A DNA stretch of 64,000 nt. Source: Eledone cirrhosa. Lineage: Eukaryota. A program made the position numbers and the translations under genes. Positions 49,133 to 64,000 of the stretch are shown one piece after another; positions within the stretch are counted from its first letter, which is position 1; every line of letters starts with the position of its first letter. Below the pieces are notes generated by a model. The model made no database searches, had not been told where the DNA came from, and saw only the letters and a list, made by a program, of their open reading frames with translations. The stretch covers positions 366,110,001 through 366,174,000 of the forward strand of contig OZ024741.1 of NCBI GenBank assembly GCA_964016885.1, in the 5' to 3' direction.

Positions 49133-52100
49133 TCTTTATTCGCCACAAGAAAAACATTACAGACGGCACAGGACGGTACAGGATGGTACAGGACGGTACG
49201 ATGTGGGTTTTGTGCGTGTAAAGATTTTTATTATTTATATAAGAAACGAAAAAGAAAAAAAAAGAAGCATATATATATATATAAACAATAAAAATGAAAA
49301 TTCAAACAATAAAAAATTCCCCAATTGGGGGGAAACCTCCGAGGGTTACTCGTGGCGAAAACCACACAAAAGACCACGTCCACGCTGACCACCAGGGCAA
49401 GCGCCCTCTCTCAAACCACAAGCGTATATTCAGAGCGGTCCCGTTCTCTCGGACCATTCTCGCTACATTCAACCACCTTTCAACAAACTTACTAGAAGAC
49501 AGCACTTGCTTCTCCACCCTGGTTTTGCTCTTCAAGTGAAACTTGAAAACGTTAATCAGGGATTGGCCGGAGAGGAAAGTGTCCGTCTTCAACCCTTTCA
49601 ATCTTGTCCGCTACACAATCTCTTTCGCCATGGCCACCAGGCAGAATAAAACTGCCTGCCCTTCCTCCTCGAAGGAAGACGGCGAGACCATCTGCACAAT
49701 GGACTCAGACAATCGGATCGGTCCTACACGCGATAACTACTGTTCGACATAGCTTCACAAGTCAGCAATGCTCGGGAACTGACCGTGTGCGTGCACGATG
49801 GTTTCGTCGCTCTGCGCGCATCTCGGACAGGCGGCACTTCTGTGCCTGTAGAGCTTATCTCGAACCGACAACGCTCCCCGGTAATACTGCCAGGCCAGGA
49901 ATTTCTGGAAGTTGTCCAGAGGTCCTGGGCTGAAAGTTCTCCGGCAGAGAGCAAAGAGCTGATCTTCTTCGACGCCCAGGATCTCTCCGAGAACGTCGTC
50001 GCTCTTCTCCTACACTAGTTCTCTATAGAACGCCGAGGTGGATGTTCCACCGATATTGGTGCCAAGGTGGCAGAGGACGGTGAGCGCTTGGAGACATTCC
50101 AGTTTCCAAGCGCTATCCCTCGGTCTTTTCCTGACCCAGGACTGCAGCTCCGTCAAGGAGACGAGCTGTGGGACAACGTGCCTGGCGAACGGCGACTACA
50201 CCTGTTCACCGTCAAGGAAGCACCAGATATGTCGCAACCTCAGCGCTTGTTTGCGCATCATCAGCCATGGCATGCTCAGTCCTCCACGCAACAGGTGTTG
50301 ACAGCAGATGGATCGTCTGACCATGGAAGCGCGTCCTTTCCACAAAAAGCGGAAGAGGAGGCGCTCCATTTTGGTGAGAGTTGGGCCGAGGCAAGGGACG
50401 ACGGTGAGGTGGTAGCAGATGAAGGATGCGATGTACGCATTCGCCACCTCTGCCCGGCCTTTCAGGGACATCTTCCTCTCGGCCCATTTCTGGGCCTCTC
50501 GTCACCTCGCTCCAGTTTTTCTCCATCTGGAGTTCCCGTCCGAACCAGACCCCGAGCAATTTAACCAGTCCGTCCAATGCCCCACGACGCTGTCGGAAGG
50601 CATGGACTTGCCTACCGGGTGCCGAGCTGTAAACCCACCGACTTTTCCTGGTTTATCATTGCTCCTGTCACCGGTTCGTATTCCGTTAGAGCGGTGCCGA
50701 GCATCTGGACGTGTCTGGTGCTCGACACCACCATGGTGACGTCGTCGGAGTAAGAAGACTCGGATTTCCCGCATCCTAGTTCGCGTGGGACGCCTCTCAT
50801 CGCCCCCAGTAACGGCTCGAGAGACAATACGTACAAGAGGGATGAGAGGGGACAACCCTGATGGACCGAGCGCATGATGCTGAACGGCTGTGACAGGTGA
50901 CCGTTTAGCCTCACAACCGAGCAGATGTCGCTGTACATCGCAGCGATCCAACCCCTGAAAACGGGTCCGAAACCGGCTGCCTCGAGGACCGCCGTCAGGT
51001 ACCGACGGTTGACCCTATAGAATGCTATGAATTGTTCCAAGTTGATCAGGGCCCCACCCGTGCCAGGTTCCTTAACCACCCTCTCTACGATGTATCGCAT
51101 GTGGTGGAGGTTGTCGTGTATGGATCTGTCCGGAATGGCGCATGTCTGCGCCTCTCCCACCAGATCCTCGACGACAAGCGCCAACCTCGTTGCTAATACC
51201 TTGGCCAAAATCTTGAACTCTGCGTTTAGCAGAGTTATGGGCCTGAAGTTATCGATAACATCCCCCTTGTTCGGGTCTTTTCTCAGCAGCGCCATCGCTC
51301 CCCGGCTCACAAAACTGGGAATGCTCCCATTCTGCTGCCAGTTTCAGTAGACGTCTGTCAAGAGGTCACCGAAATATTCTGGCATAAATGCATAAAGCTC
51401 GTAGGGCAGACCATCCAAACCTGGCGATTTACCTCCCGTGCAGTTTGCCATCGCTTCCCGTATTTCACCGGCTGCTATTGGGTTTTCGCAACACTGTGCT
51501 GCGGTCCTCGAAAGCCGTGGCAGTCGGTCGAGGTATGCACTGAAGTCCATACCCCGATCCGAGCCACCGCTGCTCCCGAACAGTTCAGCAAAGTGCCGCT
51601 GAAAAGCCTCACACATCTGCTCGGGTTCGAGCAACACGCGCCCGTTTTGGTCAGACAAAGACTGAATTGTGGCTTTGTTGCCACGTCGCGCCTCTGCCAT
51701 CTGGGCCCATTGGACGGCTTCCGTCCCCTCGTGGTTCAGAGCACGCGTTCTAGCTCTGAGAACGCAGCCTTCGTGTTTTGCGTTGAAGAATTGGTCGAGT
51801 GCCAATCTCGCCGCAAGCACGTCGATTGCGATGCCTGTCCTAAACGCCTCTTCTAGCTTTCTGACTAGCTCTCCCTCTACTCTATTTTCCTCTATCACTA
51901 GTCCTTTGCTAAACCTAATCGACTCTACTTTAATTGCCCTTTTCAGGGCAAACCACCACCTGTTGTTGACGACCGCTCCCGTCAACGCCCGTTTAACTAA
52001 TACGCTAATCCGGTCTCTGTAGGCTTTGCGCGCCGGGAAAGACGCGTTCAGCTTCCAGTAACCGGGTCCTTGTCTATGAAGTCAGTCTATATCGATTTCA

Positions 52101-52332
52101 CATATCACAAATTTGTGGTCTGTGTAGTCGACTATTTTAAAATGTGGACAACTTAGCCTTATCTAGTTCTCTGCAGAATACCCTGTCGAAATATGATCTG
52201 GATGACCCGATACGGTTTGTCCATGTCCACATTGGCACATTCGGGTGATCCAGTCGATACCTGTCAGACAGTTCAAAACGTCTGAGCAGGTTGGTGAGGC
52301 TCTTGCACCCTCCTCCCCTATCCACTAGCCCC

Positions 52333-52334
<2 letters not shown>
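49133..52334 (-). mobile_element. Tx1/L1-clade LINE, 5'-truncated (end of APE endonuclease plus RT), disrupted
   Basis: WTWTN...SYFDR, KSPGLDGLPYELY, NFRPITLLNAEFKILAK, SVHQGCPLS, YSDD, KLLGVWF. The 3' end has AATAAA and a (TTA)n tail. Confidence 0.88.
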
Positions 52335-52854
<520 letters not shown>

Positions 52855-53541
52855 ATTTCTCCTGAGGCGAGATGTATCCTTGAACAGGGCACTTATTTCA
52901 CGTTGTTATAACCAATCCAGCTTGTAAGAATCAGTTGTAACCGTAATTCAAAAGAACAGAGTTGCCACACTAAATCTCGCCGAGAGCTTCGATAAGAGTT
53001 CACGTGTCTGTGAAATTCTCTCTCAGCCGCTTGCATATTACTTTCACGAGAAGGCTGTTGCGTTGGGCAAACAACTCGAACACGCGTCGTCGGAAGTGAC
53101 AAATGTCCAACATACGCAGTTAAAAGCTGGATTATCATTGGTTGATTTGTTGTTAAATACTACCAACAACAGCAACATCAATATAGCGTATATTATCTCC
53201 TACTGTGTGGTGTGTAGACGCAAGATTTTCAATTATAAATACATTTAAATGTGGAAATCTTCCAAGACAAAAGAAAACGAAAAAAATGTTAAAATATTCC
53301 ACATCTCACCAGAATCTATCTAACTTTATTTCGGGTTCCATTTCCTTATTTAAATGAAGATATTTCTAGATAATCTATTATTTTTCATTCTTTCTCTTTT
53401 TTTATTTTCTATTTTTTTTTTTTCTGCGTCTATTTTCCTCTTTATTATATATCTCTATATTTGGCAGAAAATACAGTGGGGACACTTTGTATAACACACA
53501 CACGCACACACACATTCGTATTCACTATCTCTCCCCCTCTA

Positions 53542-53620
<79 letters not shown>

Positions 53621-56063
53621 GTCTTTATCTCTCTCTCTTTCTATATATATGTATTGTGTGTGTGTGTAATGTCATGCGTCTTCCTTTGGTATTTTCTGTC
53701 CTACTTACTTCTTAGATAATAACGTATTTGGATGTAACAGATATCAAACTCAATAGCGAATGCCATTATTTTTTATGTTCTCCAAATGTCTTCTATAATT
53801 TGATATTTTTGATATTTGATTAAAAATAATCTTTGTATTTGACCTATATCTTCAGGATATTTAGGGGTGGAGAATGTCGCTACTGTATTTGTGATTATAC
53901 CCATGAAATGCAGCAACATCAATTTATCATCATCATCATCATATCCATTATCTTTATCATCAATCAAAATCTAATCTCAAATACCGAAAAATACTATATA
54001 TATGAAAAAAGCGTTTGACATAAAAAGTATTAAGAAACCTTGAAATGTGTGTACTTCTTAGGTCAACTAGTTGTTTACATTTCTAGCTTCAGGCTTCAAA
54101 TCTTCTAAAAAGAATGTATTATGGACTGCGGCTTTTTAGCGCAATGATTAACGCCCTCATCCATCATCCGAAAGTTGCGACGTTCGATTTCTCACTGGCA
54201 GGTCTGTGCATGTTTTTCTGTCATCTGGAAAAAATTATCCGAATTTCTCAAATCTTGTTCAGAGTGATTGATTATTAATATGGTTATTTGTATTAGGAGG
54301 TACGCATTTCAAATTTCCTCCATGCATTATAAATCAACCGCTTTACTTTTACACTTCTAACTACATGCTTGAAAGTTTCTATCGACAAACGGTTCTTCAG
54401 TTTCTTGGTTAACGCCGTCGGCCGGAAAACAAGAAATTCGAAGATTAATTTCCTGGGAGGGACCTATGTCCACTTTGTTTCGTTTCCACAAGTATTTTCT
54501 AAATTATTATCTATAGTGATCTATAGTGATTGATTTGCTTTGGGACGCACACATTTAACATTTCATATGTTTGTGTGTATGTGCACGCACTAATATAGCA
54601 ACTTGGAACATATATTCACATTTATACAACATCTATTAGGAGGAAAACTAGTAAGGGATGCCATCGGCATGAAACAATGTAATAAAGTAACTCCTAACAA
54701 TGATCACTGATTTTTCTTTTTAGCACCAATATTTTGTCACACTATATCAAGTATATTAGCGTTAACTTTACTATTAAAGCTTTTACATTTGTACGTATAC
54801 TAGCGATTTTTTCCTCGAAAGTAACGAAGCATTAATTTGAAAACCAGTACTTCTGTTAACAGCAGTGAAGCTATAAATGGTGTCAAGGTGCAGGCTTTAG
54901 GATTAAGAAGATTACTGTGCGTGATTCGTTGAGATAATGTCTGCTACGATAGACTCGGGCTGACCAAAGCCTGGTGAATAATATTTAGAAATTGTGTGGA
55001 AGCGCGCAGTATATATTAGTGTATATGTAGTTCTCCTTTTCGGGTAGTGTTTTCGATGCTCAAAGAGTGGGATTGGTCGAGTTCAAGGCCTTTCCCCACT
55101 TTAAAAAACCCTTTAAAGCACAGGCATTGCTTGTTCATGATATGTTACAGGTTCGTGTTGGTGGCCGTAGCCTAAAAGTGCACCAATCTCTACAGTCTGA
55201 CAAGCGATTGTATTACTCTTAGCAGAGTTTGCAGCCATCATGTGTATGTGTATTCATGTTTACGATTGTTTATGTCACACAATTTAACGGTTCGACAAAC
55301 AACGATCGATAAAATAATTACCCGACGTGAAAACTAAGTACAGGGATTAATCGCTTCAAAGCAATGCTGCATCATGGTCGCAGTCTAATAACTGAAATAA
55401 ATAAAGGAATAAAAGAATATTAGCGTGAGTGTTCTATTTATTTCCCCAAAATAATGAAGCATTAATAGGAAAGTAGTTGCCCCACTGTTCACAACAGAGA
55501 AGCTATTAATAGCAGATATAATGCCAGACTTTCGAGGAAACTATGTAAATAGTTAACTTTTCATTCAATACAAATCTTATTTCAACAAAATTAAGAACTG
55601 ACACAACTTTTGACAATTGTATGACACGTAATTTATTTCTACATTGCTTCGAAGCTTCTCAGCAGAATTTATTGGCCTTTTTTCCTTATCATATTTAGAC
55701 ATTTTTATTTAATCTACGAATGCCATTATTGTATGATGCCCGTATGGAGATATATGTGCATATATATGTGTATATATATATGTGTGTGTGTATGAGTGTA
55801 AATATATATATATATGCATATGTATATATACACAAGTATATATATATATACATACATATCTACATATATATACCTATATATTATGTATGTACATCTTCAT
55901 ATATAAACACATATTATACACACACACACACACATATATGTATGATATATAATATATATATAATATATATATAATATATATATAATATATATATATGTAT
56001 ATATTTATACATATATATATACATATATAATGAAATAATTATCTTATGTTATTTATTACATAA

Positions 56064-56159
<96 letters not shown>

Positions 56160-56213
56160 TATAATATATATATATAATAGATATATATACAGATATATAT
56201 ATATATATATATA

Positions 56214-56582
56214 TTGAAGTATTTCCGTCGGAAAGGTACAGGAAGAAAAGAGTGCTCTCTGTAGGCTACAGGGCTTATTAGTTATGTAGTAAAAAACATA
56301 AGATAATTATTTCATTTACCAGTATTTTCGTGAAGGCAGATGTTGTGTCTGTCTTCAGTCGTCAGAATGAATAAAAAACATGGTGTTTTTTTTTTTATTA
56401 AATATGGATTTTTTTTATTAAATATGGATTTTTTATTAAATATAGATTTTAAATCCATATTTAATAAAAAAAATATCATGTTTTTTATTCATTCTGACGA
56501 CTGAAGACAGACACAACACTGCCTTCAAGAAACCAGTAGGTAAATGAAATAATTATCTTATGCTATTTATTACATAGCTAAT
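56214..56582. mobile_element. Fold-back derivative of a PLE1-related pLTR with two divergent hammerheads (56311-56371 minus, 56488-56548 plus)
   Basis: ttcatt-CTGACGA-ctgaagacag...ctgccttcaa-GAAA-ccagtagg-TA-aatgaa. The tail at 56214-56278 is homologous to 22314-22380. Confidence 0.8.
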
Positions 56583-56596
56583 ATATATATATATAT

Positions 56597-57217
56597 TTAG
56601 TTTCTGAATTTGTTTAGCAAGATTCTTTATCTGAAAACGTGTGTTGAAACCGATATTGTTATACTTTGGGAGGGTCATGTTGCCAATAAGAAACACACGC
56701 ACCAGTTGCTTTCACTTCAATTTATTATAAATTAAATTTATAAATTTAAGAATTTATAAATTTCAGGTTGGTTGGTTCCACAACTAGACGATTGTTCATA
56801 TATTGTCAAAGTACTTTCGTCACACATTCTGTGACCTCTTCAGTGACTGGGGATTCTTTTCTTTGTTTTTTTTTGTTTTGTTTCTTTTGTGTTTTTTTTT
56901 TGTTTTGTTTATGTGCCTCTCCTTTGTTCTGTCCTACGCCATCTTGTTTTTTTTTCTAAGATGGCGTAGGACAGAGCAAAGGAGAGGCACCAAAACAAAA
57001 AAAAAACAAAGAAAAGAATCCCCAGTCACTGAAGAGGTCACAGAATGTGTGACGAAAGAACTTTGACAATATATGAACAATCGTCTGGTTGTGGAACCAA
57101 CCAACTGGAAATTTATAAATTCGTAAATTTATAAATTTAATTTATAATAAATAGAAGTGAAAGCAACTGATGCGTGTGTTTCTTATTGGCAGCATGACCC
57201 TCCCAAAGTATAACAAT
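56597..57217. mobile_element. Approximately 600-bp palindromic non-autonomous PLE with two hammerheads (56805-56847 minus, 57025-57067 plus)
   Basis: gtca-CTGAAGA-ggtcaca/gaatg/tgtgac-GAAA-g(t/a)ac-TT-tgac. Arms are about 56653-56945 and 56958-57217; terminus shared with PLE family 4. Confidence 0.85.
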
Positions 57218-57494
57218 ATATATATATATATATATTATATTATATTATATTATATTATATTTAATATAGAAATTGCTTATCAGGACTAGAACTGTTACAT
57301 TCGAAGGAAATCATCGGTGCTTTCCTGATGATTTCCTTTGAATGAAACAGTTCTAGTCCTGTAGAAGCAATTTCTACCGGGATACATATATTATATATAT
57401 ATATATTATATATATATATATTATATATATATATATTATATATATATATATTATATATATATATATGTACACACACAGATTTATATATATATAG

Positions 57495-57726
57495 TAATAA
57501 TAATAATAATAGTAATAATAATAAATTTGAAGACTAAAATCCCAGGAGGGCTCGATAAGGATAAATATATATCAAATATATAAGAACCGTAGAGCAAATA
57601 TTTATTAAAATAACAGATTAAAGTTTAAGCAAAGAATCGCTGCTTTCACCCTTAACGGGATCTTCTGAAGATCCCGTCAAGGGTGAAAGCAGCGATTCTT
57701 TGCTTAAACTTTAATCTATTATTTTA

Positions 57727-57733
<7 letters not shown>
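57495..57733. mobile_element. Fold-back copy of the family also seen at 25240-25400, 37550-37670 and 61967-62972
   Basis: Palindrome centred at 57666, plus tail gaagactaaaatccc...gaaccgtagagc. Confidence 0.75.
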
Positions 57734-57772
<39 letters not shown>

Positions 57773-57779
<7 letters not shown>

Positions 57780-58558
57780 TACAAATATTAATAAAATAGA
57801 TGTTTTTTGATCAATTAAATTTTATTATACATATTTCAGAGGTACAACAGTACGTCCTCATCCGACAAAATTTAATGATACATGACATACCCTGAGATGT
57901 TAAATGGTTAAGATTTAATCAAGGTCGTGATTAACCTAAGAGAAAACTCAACATTTATACCCTCATAATGAGAAAACGCGAAAACGTAATAAATTCAATG
58001 GAGGATATATGTAAGAAAAACGTTGCTTAATTAGACAGCTATACAGATTTTAAAATGTGGGATACTACAAATTGAGATTATCTAGGAAAACGTCTCTTGA
58101 ATTATAACAGTTTATGTAGGCAACTGATAGAATATTTAAAGAGAGGGAGAGATAAGGGGGAGTAATATATGCAGAAAAAAAAGGTTTTCCTTAAAGGCTA
58201 AACGGTTAAGTTTCAAAATATTTAATTTATGTTATTTTAAGGGTGAAGAATCAAAATTTTAAGTTTTTTTTAAAAGTTCATGGTTATTTATATTTATTAA
58301 CTTTTTAAATTCTATAAATGTGTTAACATTTCTAAAATTCTGAAATTTTATGAAGACAAAATTTAAAGGATTTACTTGGCCAGCGAAAGGAAAATTTACA
58401 CTGTTGAATATTATCTTAAATGTAATCGTTAACGAAAATTACCTATAAGAATGTCAACATTTTCGGTATGTAAAGCTTATGAAGTACTTATTGTTAGAAA
58501 TATCTAACCATTTATTGTCAAGTAGTTAGTGTAATGATTAGCGCAGAGTTTTCAGCCA

Positions 58559-58642
<84 letters not shown>

Positions 58643-60043
58643 GAATTATGGTAATAAATTAATATTTGTTATATTATATTAAATCTCTATATAAGTTCTA
58701 CCTTATATCTATATTTGCACAAACTATATATGGCATTAAACCAAAATGGTAATTATGTTATTATACACTATAGATATATATGCAAAAAAAACAAAAGCTA
58801 ACTAATAATATGATTATGTTATTATACAGATACGCATATTTGCAAAAATAAAAATTAGGTAGAGAGAGATATACTAAGTATTAATGAGCCAGTATACTTT
58901 TGGTAAATGATAACGAATATAAAATAATAGATTCAAACATGCTAAAGTTAAATACATACATATATATAAAAGAGTGTAAAGGCATGAATTATTCACAGTT
59001 CAAAATAAATAATCTAAAACTTTTTAAATTATCTAAAAATTAGGTATAGAGAGATATACTAAGTATTAGTGAGACAGTATACTTTTGGTAAATGATAACG
59101 ATTATAATCTTATATAATAGATTCCAGCATGCTAAAGTTAAATACATACATATATATATAAAGAGTGTAAACGCATGGATGATTCACAGTTCAAAATAAG
59201 GTCCGTAAACATTTACAGGTTGGATATTTGAACTATATTTAAATCATGGATAGAAAAATATAAAGGTAGATATAGTTAAAAACTTACAAAAGATAAATAC
59301 ATACATATTATAAATAAAAGAGTGTAAACACATGAATGATTCACAGTTAAATATAAGTTCCGTAAAAATTTACAGGTTGGAGATTTAAACTAAAATTAAA
59401 ACTTAGATAGGAAAATAAAGATAGAGAAATAATTGTTTCTACTTTAGGCACAAGGCCAGCAATTACCCAGTACATTACTGGTACTTTATTTTATCGACCC
59501 CGTAAGGATGAAAGGCAAAGTTAACCTCGGCGGGATTTGAACTCAGAATGTAAAGGGACGTAACTATGCTAGAAAGCATGGCGTCCAGCCCTCTACCGAT
59601 ACTACCAATCCACCGCCTTAGATAGAGAAATAATGGTATGGATCAAAGTTAAAAATAGTATGTTATGTATATCAACGTGTCAGCGTGTTATTGAACAAGT
59701 GTCATTCATTCTAGCGTTATTCCTTCTATAAATAGTTATAAGATAATGCAATATTAAAGGCCATTATGGTTTTCAACTGTTGATTATTTACGTCTAAAAA
59801 CCAAGTTTAGTGGCTTCGTGTTTTTTTTTCTGGTCTTATGGGAGGCTTGGAATTTTGTCTGATGAGGACGTACTGATGTACCTCTGAAATATGTATAATA
59901 AAATGTAATTGATCAAAAGAACATCTATTTTATTAATATTTGTATTTTAATATTAATAACTGTGGAAAATTATTTCTCGTAGAGTGCTTCCAATCTACTG
60001 TAAAACTCATTCTTTGATGTACTCATTGAATTGTGTTTAACTC

Positions 60044-60047
<4 letters not shown>
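57773..60047. mobile_element. Non-coding PLE-like element with approximately 100-bp inverted ends, each carrying a hammerhead; internal tandem repeats (58850-59420) and a SINE A insertion (59430-59617, duplication AGATAGAGAAATAAT)
   Basis: 57773-57872 is the reverse complement of 59851-59953; tail at 59954-60047. Confidence 0.75.
59853..59903 (+). ncRNA. Type I hammerhead; the partner at 57820-57870 (minus) has core CGGATGA
   Basis: ttttgt-CTGATGA-ggacgtac/tgat/gtacctct-GAAA-tatgta-TA-ataaaa. Confidence 0.78.
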
Positions 60048-60075
<28 letters not shown>

Positions 60076-60310
60076 TCGGCATAATATCGTAAGCTCGTGT
60101 GTTCGATTCCTGGGGCCGCACTCTGTCTTTGAGCAAGAACATTCATTTCGAGTTGCTCTAGTCCACTCAGATGGCAAGATTGAGTTGTACCTGTAATACT
60201 ACATTTTGCGTTATGCTGAATCACCATGAAAACTACAATACCGGTACACACGTGTTTGTGGAATGCTCAGCTACTTGATATATACATACATATATATATA
60301 TATATATTAA

Positions 60311-60966
<656 letters not shown>

Positions 60967-61003
60967 AGACTATTTTGAGTTCCTAACTCAATATATACCT
61001 TTG

Positions 61004-61035
<32 letters not shown>

Positions 61036-61080
61036 ACAATATATTAACAAATGGAAACTATATTTATAAAACCATATTTA

Positions 61081-61142
61081 TTTTATTATACATATTTCAA
61101 GGGCCACCAAGGCAAATTATGGTGCGCTTTCATCAGATAAAA
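61081..61142 (-). ncRNA. Type I hammerhead, relative of 59853-59903, adjoining an inverted repeat (61139-61248 / 61310-61420)
   Basis: ttttat-CTGATGA-aagcgcacca...tggtggccctt-GAAA-tatgta-TA-ataaaa. Confidence 0.78.
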
Positions 61143-61492
61143 TACAATACAGATTAGTTTTATGAATAAATATTGACATACCCTGAAAAAAAGACAACCT
61201 TATCGGTTGGAGCTCCCTGGATAGTGGAGATTTTAGATTTATTGAGGGTCATATGAGGTTATGATTGAATATGCAAATGAGTGTCCGAAAGTTTTAAATA
61301 CCTTATATCACCCTCAATAAATCTAATATCTCTACTAACCATGAAGCTCCAACCGTTAAGGTTGTCTTTTTTTCAGGGTATGTCAATATTAATTTATAAA
61401 ACTAATCTGTATTGTATTTTTCCGGTTGAGTGCTTTATATCAGTTATAAAAATATTTTTAAGCTTGTATCCCAACCAATTAAATATAACATT

Positions 61493-61555
<63 letters not shown>

Positions 61556-61620
61556 TAATAAAATATTCAGGAAATTAAACATATTTGGCCACCTGTCATT
61601 TCACTTTATAATATATTATA

Positions 61621-61719
<99 letters not shown>

Positions 61720-61871
61720 GTATGTATATATATATTTCCTAATATATCAAGCATTGCACTAAATATGTTGACTGAATGTTTTATCTATTTATTTTTCACA
61801 CACACAGACACACACACATATGTATATATATATATATATACTCACATATATATATATATATATATACTCAC

Positions 61872-61904
<33 letters not shown>

Positions 61905-61925
61905 TGTATGTATGTATATAATATA

Positions 61926-64000
<2,075 letters not shown>

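Noticed and set aside
49294-52022. Several plus-strand ORFs of 70-165 aa
   Set aside because: They are antisense shadows of the GC-rich Tx1-like coding sequence.
58850-59420. Spaced repeats considered as a CRISPR-like array
   Set aside because: They are degenerate tandem duplications of about 190 bp with no unique spacers, in eukaryotic DNA.

Overview
AT-rich eukaryotic repeat-dominated DNA. SINE types and (TA)n/(CA)n density suggest a cephalopod such as Octopus, but that is inference. No host protein-coding exon can be supported, and most listed ORFs are (TA)n/(CA)n translation artefacts. The window is dominated by Penelope-like retroelements (PLEs; RT plus GIY-YIG) and their non-coding derivatives. 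Three PLEs are nested inside one another at 9.6-22.4 kb, two of them with long uninterrupted but 5'-truncated ORFs. Two copies of a second PLE type lie at 23.5-24.9 kb and 42.6-44.9 kb, and a Neptune-like 3' end runs off the right edge. Many short fold-back or tandem non-autonomous elements are also present. Reading both strands gives about 20 type I hammerhead-ribozyme motifs from roughly 9 sequence families, about 13 with canonical cores and pairable stems; nearly all sit in elements inserted into (TA)n tracts. Also present are R4/Dong-like and Tx1/L1-like LINEs clustered in (TAA)n, RTE, RTE-X and CR1-like fragments, about 13 copies of one tRNA-derived SINE, other SINEs, and non-autonomous Helitrons.
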